Part shown: piece by piece, positions 26,728 to 62,602 of the stretch
How the letters are laid out: every line of letters starts with the position of its first letter
How positions within the stretch are numbered: position 1 is the stretch's first letter
From: Chrysomallon squamiferum
Taxonomy: Eukaryota; Animalia; Mollusca
DNA length: 64,000 nt
Direction of reading: 5' to 3'
NCBI GenBank assembly: GCA_012295275.1
Contig: CM022673.1
Span: 930,001 to 994,000 of the forward strand
The notes under the pieces: generated by a model
The model's input: the letters and a program-made list of their open reading frames with translations, nothing else
The model's database searches: none
Told to the model about the DNA's origin: nothing
Made by a program: the position numbers and the translations under genes

Positions 26728-27286
26728 TCTCACATCTTTTTTATTTTTCGCATATTTATTTATTTTATTTGTTTACTTATTTATTTATTTATTACGGTTC
26801 TTTGTTGTTTGTTCTTTTTTGGGGGGAGGTTTTTTCTTGGTTTTTTTTAGGAGGGTTTGTTTATTTGTTTCTTTCTCAGTGGGATTTGGTTTGTAAGTTG
26901 CCGTTTATTTTATTATTTTTATTTTAACTTTATTTTATTTTTTTATTTTTTTTTGTTCTGGTTTTGTTCTAATAGTTTTTAGTTATGTATTTCACTTACA
27001 AAGATATAAGGAGAAGACCTATGTTTAAATAAATTGAAGCTCCTGTTCTCTGCAGTGGTTGAAATAACCATTAACAATCTTTAGAAATGATCACCAGGGA
27101 ACTGCTTTGAAATTTGTCTTTTCGGTTTCCTTCAGTACCAATAATCTTTTATTTTTAAATATACATATCTACAGTTATGTTTATATTTGTTTCTAAGTAT
27201 TAACTCTTCCATGCTTGTTTGTGTTTACTTTTTGTATGTTTGTGTATATGTATGTGTGTTTGTATGTATATATGTGTGTTTGTATG

Positions 27287-27317
<31 letters not shown>

Positions 27318-28244
27318 ATGCGTATATGCATACATGTCAGTGTATATCTGTGTGCATGTATTTATTTATATATATATATGCATGTACGTATGTATGTCTG
27401 TCTCTATTTGTATGTATGTATTTATGTATGTATGTAAGTATGTATGTATGCATGAATGTGTTTATGCTTGTATGTCTGTATTTATCCTCGCATTAAATTA
27501 GAGCAATGCTAGGTAAAACTTTAGATTTTTATTCTGGTTTTCGAAAAAAACAAATTTTCTTCGAATGCACGTGAATCGTTCATTACAGATATGAACTCAC
27601 AGACACTAGCATGCTATGTAATTTAGATGAATCATAATGTTAATTTAACTTACAAACAATAAAACTCTGTTTTCTGTTTTAAAATAGCGGAAGACACAAA
27701 TCCGTGGTATCTCTCACCTGACTCCATGGTGTATTGTTGTTTATGTCAGATATAATCGTTTCGTTCTGTATTTTCACATTACGGCGAGCTGTTTTTGTCG
27801 TTGTTGTATAGAGTCACCTTAAAACGTATTTTCATGTAGTTGCTGTTGCTTTTATTTCTAAAATTAGACAACAATCTTTAACAAAAAAAAAAAAAAAACC
27901 TTATGAATATGTGTTCATAATTTATTATATCTTGCACATGGCATGTGCAATAAACGTTTTGTTTATAAGTATTAGAAAATCTCTCTATAGATTTTGGCGA
28001 TCGCTACTGAATTTTAAAATATATCTCATATTTTCACTATCCAGAGATCCGACTGTTTTTCAGCTTTGAAAATTCTCAATGTTTATGGAGATCGTGTTAA
28101 ATATATCTATGTTTTACCGGCAATATTTTCCCCTCAAATTTCGTTGACCCATTACGTAAGTCTACATTTTTTTCCTTTCAAATACGTTCATAATTCGATT
28201 AGGTACACTAGTTTCAGCTTTTATTTTGCTGTTCGACATTTTAT

Positions 28245-28645
28245 TCATCATCACATTACTGCCGTTCAGAAACCCGCCAGCATCTAGACAACATTACGTC
28301 ACATCTGTTCAGATACCCTCTCGAAGTTCGATATCATGATGTCAAAGTTGTTCAGATACCCGCCCGCTGGTCGACATTATGACGTCACAGCTGTTCAGAT
28401 ACCCGCCCGCTGGTCGATATTATGACGTCACAGCTATTCAGATACCCTCTCACCGTGCAACATTATGACGTCACAGCTGTTCAGATACCCGCCCGCCGAT
28501 AGACATCGTAATATTACAACTGTTCAGATACTCCCTCGACGTTCGACAAAATGACGTCATAGCTGTTCAGATATCCGCCCGCCGTTCGATATCATGACAT
28601 CATAGTTGTTCATAAACCCGCCCGCCGTTCGACATCATAACATCT
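28245..28645. repeat. 43-bp minisatellite, about 9 copies, carrying CRE, E-box and GC-box motifs
   Basis: The ttcaga core recurs every 43 bp (28265, 28308, 28351, 28394, 28437, 28480, 28523, 28566, 28609). Perfect TGACGTCA at 28380, 28423, 28466 and 28552. Confidence 0.95.
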
Positions 28646-29242
28646 ATATTGCAGTTCATTAAAACTGTTCAGTTTAGTAAATTGCGTCATTAACTTGTCT
28701 GTTTAGAAAGAACTTCAGTTTGATTATTGTTGTATTTCAAATTATATTTGATACGGTAATTAATCGCCAACAGACAGTGTAAAGCAATTGAAATTCTTTG
28801 TTCTTAAACAATTAAATCAGTTAAAACTAATTTAATGTCACCTTTATCTTATAATACACTACTCTTGCATTTTGTACATAAACTGAATTAACAAACAAAA
28901 ACAAAATCCGCTTAAATGGATCTTTAACCATTTTTGTACATGTTCACATAGCTCAGATTGTAATTAAGTCTCATCGATATCTAAAATTTGCAGTACATAT
29001 TAAATACATTCATTATCTAAATTAATCAGTGCAGTTACAACAACAAATACAAACATCTAATGGCATATTACACATGAAACAAGGCATTAAACAGGTCAAG
29101 GATGATTCCACGTGATACAGTATTAACTAAACATTGGCGATTAAAACTGGCCATATAGTTCTGTGTAATAAGATCTGGTTTTAACAGAACTGTATGATAA
29201 CTGTATAATGTCAGATACATGTAAGCTTAATTTTTGCTACTG

Positions 29243-29302
<60 letters not shown>

Positions 29303-29979
29303 GTGTAGTTGCTATTGTCGTCGTCGTTGTCGTTGTTGTTATTGTTGTTACTGATACTGATGTTGTTGCTGTAATTGTTGTTTTTATTGTTGAAGTTGTT
29401 CTTACTGCTGCTGCTGTTGCTTCTGTTGCTACTGATACTATACTGTTTTATCATCATCATCATTATTACATTTCTTTATAATGATACTCAATTCTATTGT
29501 TCAGCTATAAATCAGCCCTTTCTAAAAAATGTCCTATTCTTCTTTTCCCCTGAAAACCTATAACTGTTCTTAAATATGAATATTTTCACGATTTGTAATC
29601 TTCGTTCATATATATTCCACTGGAAATGAAACGAGAGAACCCTTTTGAACCTTACAACAGATTTCATGTGTAGGCATGTCTCTCTCCACATGCACAGCCA
29701 CAGATATACTTTCAACGGTGCCAAAGTGTACGGATTATGCATATTAGAATTAGGATGAAATTTCAAAGGTATTATAACATAAATACGTAATTGTCTTGAC
29801 GTTAATCATCTCTTCTGTGCGCCACTTTTAGCTTCACGGTATCACTTCTACATGAATTATGATATCGTTTCACAATAATTGTCAAGTGTACTTTCCTTTC
29901 AGAAAGCTAACCAATAACTGTTCCTTAGATTATCACCAAAAGGTTTCGATCAGTAATTATGCTCTAGCTGATTAAGAGT

Positions 29980-30118
29980 GTATGTGTATGTATGTATGTA
30001 TGTATGTATGTATGTATGTATGTATGTATGTATGTATGTATGTATGTATGTATGTATGTATGTATGTATGTATGTATGTATGTATGTATGTATGTATATA
30101 TATGTATGTATGTATGTA
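29980..30118. repeat. (TATG)n microsatellite
   Basis: Direct inspection. Confidence 0.97.
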
Positions 30119-30131
30119 TTTTTTATTTTTT

Positions 30132-30230
30132 ATTTATTAGGACATTTTTTTAGCTATTGATCATGATCGTAATATCTGGGTTGTTTTAGATTTATAATTT
30201 TTATTTTGGGGTATAATTTTCTTTTAAAAA
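30132..30230 (+). repeat. About 100-bp direct repeat, copy 1 (copy 2 at 32703-32800)
   Basis: atttattaggacatttt...tattgatcatgatcgtaa.atctggg.tgttttagattt is shared by both copies. Confidence 0.85.
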
Positions 30231-30275
30231 ATAAATGTATGTATGTATGTATGTATGTGTGGATAGATGTATGTG

Positions 30276-30313
<38 letters not shown>

Positions 30314-31207
30314 CAAAGAATGTAGCAACAGGAGCAGCAGCAGTAGTAATAGCCTTAGTACTAGTATATTTATATTAATTTAAAAATATACGTATTAATA
30401 TCACAGTTTTTATTCCAAAAAGTTCAAAAATAACAAAATCTAACCTATGAAAATGAAACTTTTAAACTGTTTTCTTTGTCAGTGTTGTTGAAATTTATCA
30501 CTTTATGATAATAAAGCTCCTAGGAAGACACCAAGGGAAAATTCAGACGACAGTAAATTTGAAGCTGTCTTCCTTAATGTCGATGTGCTGAAAGAAATGT
30601 TTATATGTGTCGACAAGTGGGGTGTTTTGGAAGAGAGTATTTTGCAAGCTTTTCACAAGGTTAATGCTTACAATGTGTGTAGTGTTGTTAATCAAGATGT
30701 TCTAAATCAGTGGACGCGTGTAGGAAAGAAAGAGGGACAAAGAAAGAAAAGTTATGAAAGAAGGTCATCACAACGTACCTGTTTTTAGGAATAAAACATT
30801 TGTTCCCTAAAGAGAAAAAAAGTTAAAATAATTAGTGAGTGTCGGAAACAAATTATATTCTGGCGAGTAGTTTTATTAATGGAGAGATAGGCACGTGTAA
30901 TTTAAACACATTAATACTTTTTTTTTTTTTTTTTTTTTTTTTATTGTAGACTACAAATTCAAACAGAGGAAATATTAATGTTAATTCTGTTCTCTTATTT
31001 TTCTTTTATTACTTTTATTTATTTATTTTTTTTTTTTTTTTTTTTTTTTTTTTGTATTTACCATTGCATTCAATAGTCTGTCAGTGGTAATCAACGAATT
31101 ATTGAGAAAAAACAACGTACACACGCATTCACATACATATCTCCTTTTTCTTTCTCTGTTTTTACTGTGGATAGTTATTTTTAAATTTTCAAAGGTATTT
31201 ATCGATT

Positions 31208-31615
31208 TAAAACGATGACATCTAATAACACTTAAACACTCAGCTGATTCCACATTTATGTTGAACAGGTAAAACGGAGATATGATGCTGATGGTTTTAT
31301 GCAACATGCTGAAGTAAAATAAAACTTGATGCATTCTGATGTAATAAAATGGCAATTCATGCTTTTGGTTTTAGTATACATTTGATTAAAATGCCAACTA
31401 CACCCTGATGTTCATTAAGATAAAGAGTGACATTGAGAGAGAGAGAAAAAAGACAGATACAAAACGATGACATCTAATAATACTTAAACACTCAGCTGAT
31501 TCCAAACTCATGTTGACAAGTTAGAACGTCACACGGAGATAAGATGTTAATCATTTTATATTATGCAACATGCACATTTTTATTAAAATGCCAACTACAG
31601 TGTGATGTTAATTGA
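31208..31615 (+). repeat. Tandem duplication, about 250-bp spacing
   Basis: aaaacgatgacatctaataa.acttaaacactcagctgattcca at 31209 and 31461; attaaaatgccaactaca occurs in both copies. Confidence 0.85.
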
Positions 31616-31626
31616 GAGAGAAAAAA

Positions 31627-32002
<376 letters not shown>

Positions 32003-32702
32003 TGTGTGTTTTACTAATAATTTATTTAATTGGTTGTTGTCCCTCTGATTAGTTAATTAATTAATAGAATATCTACAATTCTACCCTTCAGTTTGCTTCC
32101 GCATCCCGGCATTTCCAAATTACAGTCCCTTTTTCCATAATTATATAATTATCATAAAGCGTCTCATTTACATCTTGGTAATCTATTTTACAATTAGTAT
32201 CATAATACTTTATTAGTTCCTGTCTTCATTTTCTAGCTGTTACTGTTCTTATTAACATCAACATTATTATTAATACTAGTTGTAGTGGTAGTAGTTGTTG
32301 TTATGGGTAGCAGCAGTAATAGTGCCAGTGGCTTTGGTAATAGTGAAAACAGTCGCGGTAATAGTGATGTTCATCTAATAGCCGTAGTGTGGCGGTGGTG
32401 GTAATAGTAGTAGTATTAGGAACAGTGGTGTTTGTTGTCGTAGTCATAGTAGAGTAACAGTAGTAGTAACAGAAATAGTAGTAGTAGATTTAGAATAGTA
32501 GTAGTGGTAGTAGAGTAGCAGTAGTAGTAGTAGTAGTAGTAGGGTTTTTTTGTGCCTGAGAAATTAAAAAATTCTTTGGTTCATAAATCATTAGAATATA
32601 CTGAAAGAGAAAACATTTTTTGTTTATTATTGTTTTGAGGGTGGTTTATTTAATTATTTCTGTATTTTAGTTGTTTATTTATTTATTTATTTTTTTTTTT
32701 TG

Positions 32703-32800
32703 ATTTATTAGGACATTTTTGAGTTATTGATCATGATCGTAACATCTGGGATGTTTTAGATTTTTATTTGTTTTATTTTTCGGTATAATATTGTTTAAAA
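32703..32800 (+). repeat. About 100-bp direct repeat, copy 2
   Basis: Matches 30132-30230. Confidence 0.85.
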
Positions 32801-32869
32801 AAAAACTAAAGACCAAAAAAAAATCAACCTAGTATTCGTGTGAACATAAGAAAAGCACATTTATTGACC

Positions 32870-33135
32870 ACACGTACACATACAGACATACACACGTACA
32901 CATACAGACATAATCACGTACACATACAGACATACACACGTACACATACAGACATACACACGTACACATACAGACATACACACGTACACATACAGACATA
33001 ATCACGTACACATACAGACATACACACGTACACATATAGACATACACACATACACATACAGACATAATCACGTACACATACAGACATACACACGTACACA
33101 TATAGACATACACATGTACACATACAGGCATAATC
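32870..33135. repeat. 22-bp minisatellite (cacgtacacatacagacatama), about 12 copies
   Basis: Direct inspection; explains ORFs 32829-33227 and 32914-33123. Confidence 0.9.
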
Positions 33136-34935
33136 ACCGACTGAAATAATACAAAAATATAGAAAGCCAATCGTGTCTGTTTAATAAAATATACAACAGA
33201 TTTATAAACAAATACGATAACAAACAATGATGTAAGAATCGTCTGTCATTAATGGATCATTCTAATATTGATGATCAGCCAGTGATTTAATTCATCATTC
33301 AAATTCATCATCCAAATCCATCATCTCTTCAGTGTTAGAAATGGTTATTTCATTCACATTTTGTCAGCTAAGTTTCTGTAATTCTAGAAGTATTGTGAAA
33401 AATATAGATGGCAATAATATTTAGCTATGCCTCAAGCATATAATAAATGTATTAGGCAAAGCTATTAAATATTGAATGTGGTTTTTTATCATTGTCTGCT
33501 ACCGTCAGATGCTCTAGCGTCGTCTCTATTAACTATATTTTTAGGGGTAAATTTTACTTTGTTACAAACGGATTAAGTAAAGTTTATGTAATTACACAGA
33601 CAGGCAAGCAAACACATTCACGTTTAAAATACGTTTATCTATAATATTTTGTTAATGTATACATAAATGAATAAAGCGCAGAAGACACCGCATGTTAAGT
33701 TTCGAATATAAAATTAGTAAAGTTTTTTCCTAATGTAATATGTAGAAAAACTAAATTTCACTTAATCGAATTTTAATATGCTAATATATAAATCATGAAA
33801 AGCGATATATTTCTTTATCGCATTTTAAACAATATTAAATTATCTCTGAATACATCAGTCGAACTCTTCAAGAAACAAGCAATTTGTTGTAAGTATTTAA
33901 ATTGTAGTTTAAGTCATCGATCTTGGTCATGCTTTTAAAATGTCTTTATTTTAGTAAATCAGTGAAAACAGATACTTCTTACAACGGACAAAGAACTTCA
34001 TTCTGTGTCAGCGGACAAAACACATCACCCGCAGTGATAACACACTGTTATGTGATAAATGTCCTTATACTTTTATTCTGAAGCTAAATTATCTACTTCT
34101 ACAATCATTTCACAATCACTCCAAGAGCTAAACATTTTGTTTGGTCAATTTTGAAATAACGTCACTTGATTCTTAATCTTGTCCTTTTGATTCAGTGTCT
34201 GCCACGCACGTATCTCTGATTACACATCAAGCCATGGAAATCCCTGGACTCTTTTCCGTGAGAGACACCAAACACATCTGGACATAGGCGAGTGTCTTGC
34301 TCTGGGACAAGTTTGAATGACCCCCAGTCATCCCTCAGAATGTATTTAATTGTATGTATCTATAGCAGTGTCAAAGTGTACACATGCCTGTCTGTTTGTA
34401 TGTTCATATAAGCATTTACATATGTACACACGCCTGTATGTGTCTATGTGTGAATGTATTTATATATATATGCAAGTATATAATATGTATGTGTGTCGCT
34501 GTGTATGTATATTTGTGTGTATACAAGTATTTATATATATGTTTATATATGTATATACTTAGGTACATGTGTATGTGTGTCACTAGGTACGAGTATTTCT
34601 ATATTTATATGTAAGTGTATATATATACAGATATAGATCCTGAAGTTAGATTTACTTCATTAAATGTAGATGATCTTATATTCTATTAACCTATTGTTCA
34701 TTTTTGGACAAATAAGTAACAAGTTAACTGAGAGGAAATTGGATCACTTATTTGGTTAACTAAATATTTACACAATAATTTTTGTTCGAATTGTCACAAT
34801 AAAAATGCTGCCTGAAATATAACTGACCCGTAGATACGATGACCCAATTAATGGTTGTATCCCGTGATTCATTATTATCTCACTTTCAAGTAATTATAAC
34901 ACTCATCAGCCAGTGAGAAAAAACTGCAACAACGA

Positions 34936-56565
<21,630 letters not shown>

Positions 56566-56730
56566 CTCGACTAGACTGATACTCCTCGCTGCGATTTGCT
56601 GTTTGGTGTGTGTCTAACGAGGGGCGACACGGTCCGTCGAAATTCCGGGTCAGATGAAGTGAATGCATCTTACATTACTTGATTGGAAACGAGTGTGGCA
56701 TGGCAAACTATTAAAAGTGAGACGACGGGA
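56566..56730 (-). promoter_or_regulatory. CpG-rich 5' UTR and proximal promoter of the arylsulfatase gene
   Basis: Local CpG enrichment upstream of the ATG; CCAAT box on the minus strand at 56682-56686. Confidence 0.45.
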
Positions 56731-59497
56731 AAGTGCCTTTTTTTCTTCTTTTTTTTTCTTATTTTTTAAAGAAAAATAAAGAAGTAGTTCTGATTAATTA
56801 CTAATACTGGTACACACAATAATAATATGACTTCTGTACAAAAAATGTGTACCATTTTTTTTTTTTTTTTTTTCTTTAAGTCCTATTGTTGTTTTAAGAA
56901 AGTCCGTCAAAACAGTTCAACACTGTGCCATATTAACCAGTATTAGATATCTGTAATATGATTTTTGTAATGGTAATAAAAGTTTTATGAGATGGGAAAG
57001 TCTGGGGGAAACCCTGTACTCTGTTATTAGTTGTTTGTGTTTTTTCCTCTAAACTGAAAACCTTTCACATTCAGACTGTTGGGCAAAAGTTGGAACTGGA
57101 AATAACTGTTAAGTTAAGAAGCATTTAAGTTATAAGTAATCAAGCATCTTATTTTATATATGTAAATATATAACAAGGTAAATAATAATAATAATAATAA
57201 TAATAATAATTTATTTGTCAGTAATAATTACTGCCCGTTCTAACCAATGATCTAGAATCGTCATATTAAGAAAGACAATGTCTCTCTGTTACATCTAATC
57301 GCAATATTACTACAGTTTCTGCTGTTGTTTTGAATTATTACCAGGACTTAGTCGCTTGTGTAATTATTGACATTTTATGCACAAATAAAAATGCACGTGC
57401 GCACATGCAGACACACTCAAGTATTGGCCTGTGTTTGAATTTCCAAGTAATCTCTGCAGCAGATTAAAGGAAACTCATTCAAACACCTGTCTTAGACTCT
57501 TTTTTTTTTTAATCTTTTTTTTATGTTTCTGTTTGTTGTTTTACAAAAACACAGGTAGTTTCAGAGTTCGTGGGAATTGTGTTTTAGCCAGTTCTTTTTT
57601 CATTTTTTTTTTTCATTAAACATTTTGAAACTCTATACAAAAACGTACGCCGTTTTGAAATGAACAGCAACCAAGCTTAATTCTCAGGGTAAATGAATGT
57701 TTCAAATTTCAGTTTCTTCTGGTTAAGTTGAAAAGGAAACAAAGAGACAGAAAAAGAAAGAAGCTGAACTACAGTAAAAAAAAAAGGAAAAAGAAATAAT
57801 TGGTGGGATGGAAGAAAAGTACAAAAAAAAAAAAAAAGGTTAATGTAATATTTGTTATTCAGATTGTGATATGCCTTTTTTTTTTTTTTTTTTTAAATGC
57901 AAAAGATGTCCTGCTTGCAAATCGGCGAGAGTAACCCATGGTGATGTCACAGAGCAAGATTTAGTAAAAACAGTAAACATAATGAAACACGCATTACACT
58001 TTAAACAACAAACCATCTTAGCTAAATAAACATTGGTTAAAACCTATCAACAGAAACAGACAATTTATAATCCTATCTACCAACACAGTAATTGCAATTA
58101 AACATATAACAAAGAAATAACCACTTAGGTGGTTACGTAACAGATTTAAAACAGTTTAATAAAAGGGCTTTCCACTGAAAAATGATTCCAGACTGATGTT
58201 GTCATTTTCTAGGTCAGCAAGTACCTTGCTTCCTAGCTACATTCCCCAGATTTAGCTCAAAAGCAACATTAGAAAACTAATAACAGAGAATATAAATAAA
58301 GAATATTTCAGTAGCAACAAAAGTGCGTTTAAGAGACATCATTATAAGTGTTCGTATACTTGAATATCCAGTAATACAAAATGAATAGTTCTTTTTTAAA
58401 AGTTTGTTTACTCATTTAAACTGATGTAGTTTTCCAACTTTCTCCGTCTTTTTATTTATTTATTTATTTATTTACTTATTTACTTACTTATTTATTTATT
58501 TATTTATCTTTTTTAATTGTTTAATTCAATACATTCAAAAGAGAAATTATTTACATTTGATCGATTTAATAAATTCTATTTGATTAAAATGATGACGACA
58601 GCAACAATAATAATAATTTTTATTAGTATTATTAAAATATTAAAATAACAGTAATAACATTAATCGCAGCTGTATCAATAGTAATAATAATAATAATAAC
58701 AACACCAATAACAATATTAATAATAACAGCAACAACAGTAATAACAATGATGTCTTCACATGTACTTTAGCCAGCTCGCTAAAAATAACCGTTCAATGAC
58801 CTTGGCACGCCAGTCAGCACATTCAGTTTTTTCTGATAAGTACCTCCATTATCCATCCATGGGCCTAGTTTAGATTTATCGCAGAAATGTCAGAATTCGT
58901 CATAACCCACTAACTCTGTTAATAACCCCTGTGAAAGAATCGGTTATGGTAACAAAAAGCTAAAACCTATAATTACCTACGTATAATGGAGAAGAAAAAA
59001 AAAATGTCATAGTTATTTCACTGATCTATTAGCGAATTAAATAAACCACTTGACATCTTGTCACTCTCTTACGTTATACAAAGGGTATAACTGGTTCATT
59101 TCTTAAGATATCAGCTGAATCCTGCGAAGGTTAGAATGCCCAGTTCAGCGAGGTTCTGTCGATGTAAATATATTTCAGCTTTCTGTGTTGATTATGGTAT
59201 TGTTACGCTCCGATTTACAAAATACCTTCTAGATTTAAAACCGATTGCTAAAGTTCTTTTATAATGTACTTTACGGTACTTTTCTTCGTTTAATTATTAG
59301 TGTATATTTCTACGAATTTATCATCTAGTGTATCTGTGTAATCATCTATGTATCCATATTTATAAATTTGTTTATTATCCCATTATCTGTTATATCTGAT
59401 TTAAGTCTAACTATTTTTATATTCGTATATATTTATATATTACATATATTTTACGACCCTTTACATGTCAGTTATACTGATTTTTTGTCTACATTCA

Positions 59498-59503
<6 letters not shown>

Positions 59504-59570
<67 letters not shown>
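59504..59570. repeat. (TG)n microsatellite
   Basis: Direct inspection. Confidence 0.97.
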
Positions 59571-59571
<1 letters not shown>

Positions 59572-60091
59572 CTGTGTGTGTCTGTATGTGTGTGTGTGTT
59601 CGTCAGTTTCAGGTTATAAATAATTCAAACAAATGGTAAAGAAGCAAGTTATCAGTTATGAAATGTTAACAGAAAAATAACAGTCAGAATTGGGCCTAGG
59701 TACGAATATTTACCTTGTAAGAAACATTCTAACTTGCTGAACCCTGGTCTGTTCATCAAACATAATGGTGTAATGACCTGTTTCTTTTAATCTCGTAAAA
59801 GTACGTTATCAGTTTAGTTATAGCTGATTTCCCACGCATTCCTACTATAATGTATACTTATATATTACTATTACTGACTTTTGTTGTGTCTTTTTCTTGT
59901 CTATTTTCTTTCTGTCGTAGTGAGCACAAAGAGAGACAGTCGGACAGAGGCAGACAGAAAAGAGAAGGAGAAAGACAGCGATACAGACTAGAAAGAGTAA
60001 TAAGAGAAAGACAGCGGCAGTAGTTGTTGTATTAGGTGTAGCTGTTGTAGTAACAGAGACAAAATAAAGAAAGAAGCAGAAGATAAAAGTC

Positions 60092-60093
<2 letters not shown>

Positions 60094-60160
<67 letters not shown>
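60094..60160. repeat. (AG)n microsatellite
   Basis: Direct inspection. Confidence 0.97.
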
Positions 60161-60164
<4 letters not shown>

Positions 60165-60849
60165 ACAAAATCCCATGACAGTGCTATATGAATTAATATT
60201 ACCGAATAAAAAGAAAATGTATTCAGAATTTATCTTTATCAGAACTTAAATGTTTCCTAAGTCGGCGTCTGCTATGATATATATTATTTTAATTGTGTCT
60301 GACCAAGATAAGCTCAGTTATTTATATCTAAATGGCGAATAAAAATTTGCTTCTAGAATTACACTAAAACACAGGATAACTGTTACCGCACAAAAGAAAA
60401 CTCAATCTGTACATTGATGCTTGGTGTTCCCTAAAGAGCAGCAATCAACCGACAAATGTTATCGCCAATACATTCATTATTCAAAACAAATATACGATTT
60501 ATTGTAAATAAAAAAAAAAAAATAAAAAAAATGAAAATTATATATATATAAGAAAGAAAGGCAGGTCAAATTAAAAAAATATTTTCTATTATAAATATAT
60601 AAAATAAAAAATATTTAATTTAAAAAATATTTTAAAAGGTGTTATATCCTTTTTAAAACATGGTTCAAAATCCATTTCTCGATCGAATGCAACGCACTCG
60701 AGGTTACCCAGTTCACATGTTACAGCTTATTGTAATGTGTGATGAGTTGAGGTTTCAGTCTTAAGTGTTGGGCTCTTTAATAACAGCTGGTTTATCTCAC
60801 AAACTTATACGTGCTAGTCTCTCTGTCGACGTATGGATATCGTCGTCGT

Positions 60850-61530
60850 CTACAATATTTGAATAAGTTGTAAAGAGTTATCGTTCTTCTCACGTTATCT
60901 CCAATACTATTTACTTGCTATGGTTTACGGATTTGTATTTAAGAACAGTTAATCACAGAAAATATGTTATGTACATGTTGCTCTTAAAACCAAAACAAAA
61001 AACATCAAAATTATGTATTTAATAATGGAAACAGTTTGTCTCCCTACAACTGTGATTCCCAACCTTTTCATCAATGCGGAGCCCTATGACATTTTTTAAT
61101 ATCCTCCGGTGCCCCCCACCCCCACACACACATTAATTAAATAGTTATTTATTTATACAAATTACTATTTAAATTAGGCATGATATCCATATTATCCATG
61201 TGCATTGTGTATAGTAATCATTGTAATGTTATTGTAGGTGTATTCATTTGTTCTGTCTATTTCATTCTGTCCGTATAACTGCCCCCAGTTTGTCCTTTTT
61301 TATTTATTAGTTATGTCATCTCTCGTGGAGCCCTTGACGATGCACCGCGGAGCACAAGGGCTCCGAGGAGCCGCGGTTGGGAAACACTGCACTACAACAT
61401 TAGAACATGTTTTAAAGAGTTATCGTTCTTTTCGCTTTCCCCGGTAATATTCATTTGCTATGGATTGCGGACTTGTAAACGTTAATCCCCGAAAACATTT
61501 ATGCAAACGCCGCTCTTAAAACTAAAATAA
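60850..61530 (+). repeat. About 195-bp tandem duplication interrupted by the hAT MITE
   Basis: taaagagttatcgttctt...ttgctatgg.tt.cgga.ttgta...gttaatc...gctcttaaaac at 60871-60990 and 61413-61522. Confidence 0.8.
61050..61389. mobile_element. Non-autonomous hAT-superfamily element (MITE), 340 bp
   Basis: TIRs CTGTGATTCCCAACC ... GGTTGGGAAACACTG (13/15). 8-bp TSD ccctacaa / cactacaa (7/8). Subterminal ggagcc repeats. Confidence 0.85.
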
Positions 61531-61558
61531 GAGATGCTGTATTTAATTATGTTTTTAA

Positions 61559-61560
<2 letters not shown>

Positions 61561-61640
<80 letters not shown>

Positions 61641-61660
61641 CCCTCTCTCCCTCTCTCTCT
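61561..61660. repeat. (TC)n microsatellite
   Basis: Direct inspection. Confidence 0.95.
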
Positions 61661-62353
61661 GTCTGAACAGTTCAGTCTATATTACTGTTATTAATATATA
61701 CGGATCTGTAATGTAGTGTCATTACTCTGTCGTACTATAAAAAAAAAAAAAAAAAAAAAAATGAACAAAAGACTTCGTAATACTTCTTTATTAAAGTAAT
61801 GTAACTGACCAAACAAACTCGTAAACAACAACAGAAAAATAATTACTTACAAAGACTGTCTATATTGTGAAAAAGAAGTCTAGTGAAACTTTAATTTTAT
61901 TATATCTTTTTATGTTTTGTGATTTTCAAAATACAGGCGATAGTGCAGATGGTTCCAACTGGTATTTGTTTTTAACTACTGTTTTAACAACTTAATATTT
62001 TAGTTTGGTTAAATGACAAGAATTATAAAACCTGTATATTAAAATACTTTCAGTAACAACAACAACAACAACAACAATAATAATAATAAAATATAGCTGT
62101 AGTAGTAGTAGTAGTAATAATAATAATAAATTTAAAAAATTCTTTTTTTAATTTCTAAACGTCCTTTAAACGAATAGGGCACAGTTTTTTTGTCTCGGTT
62201 ATGTCCATAAATAGCACAGAATTACATAAGTGCATTTTAAAAAAGAATAATAAATAAAATATAATAAAAATTTCTGCTCAACATGAATATTTCTGAAAAT
62301 TACAAAAATCCTAAAAACAGATCCAAAAAACATAAAGAAAAGTAATGGATTAG

Positions 62354-62602
62354 TTATTTTGGTTTGTTGTTATTTGTTGATTCGGACGAACTATTCTTGT
62401 TTTTTACGTTGGGAATTCGACTATGCAAGATGGCAGATATTTTGGTTGCCACTGTCCTGGGATCCCTGGAAATGCTGGAAGTATTTGCTTCGGAAACTGG
62501 AAACTTTGCGGTAACGTTAAGTGCCACTCCATCGAATTCCATTTTCAGAATGCTGTTTTCTCCAAGCAACACAGTATTTGAGCGTGGACTATTTCCTGGC
62601 GT
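62354..62602 (-). CDS. Putative terminal exon of an unrecognised gene entering from the right edge
   Basis: cgtag|TPGNSPRSNTVLLGENSILKMEFDGVALNVTAKFPVSEANTSSISRDPRTVATKISAILHSRIPNVKNKNSSSESTNNNKPK-TAA. Phase 0 fits the upstream exon, but the polypyrimidine tract is weak. Confidence 0.55.
   Translation of the reverse strand, partial: TPGNSPRSNTVLLGENSILKMEFDGVALNVTAKFPVSEANTSSISRDPRTVATKISAILHSRIPNVKNKNSSSESTNNNKPK

Noticed and set aside
25461-27730. Possible two-exon gene (donor CAG|gtgaga near 27718 joined to the 95-aa ORF 25461-25748)
   Set aside because: The acceptor is weak, there is no recognisable motif and the composition is close to background; the phase match could be chance.
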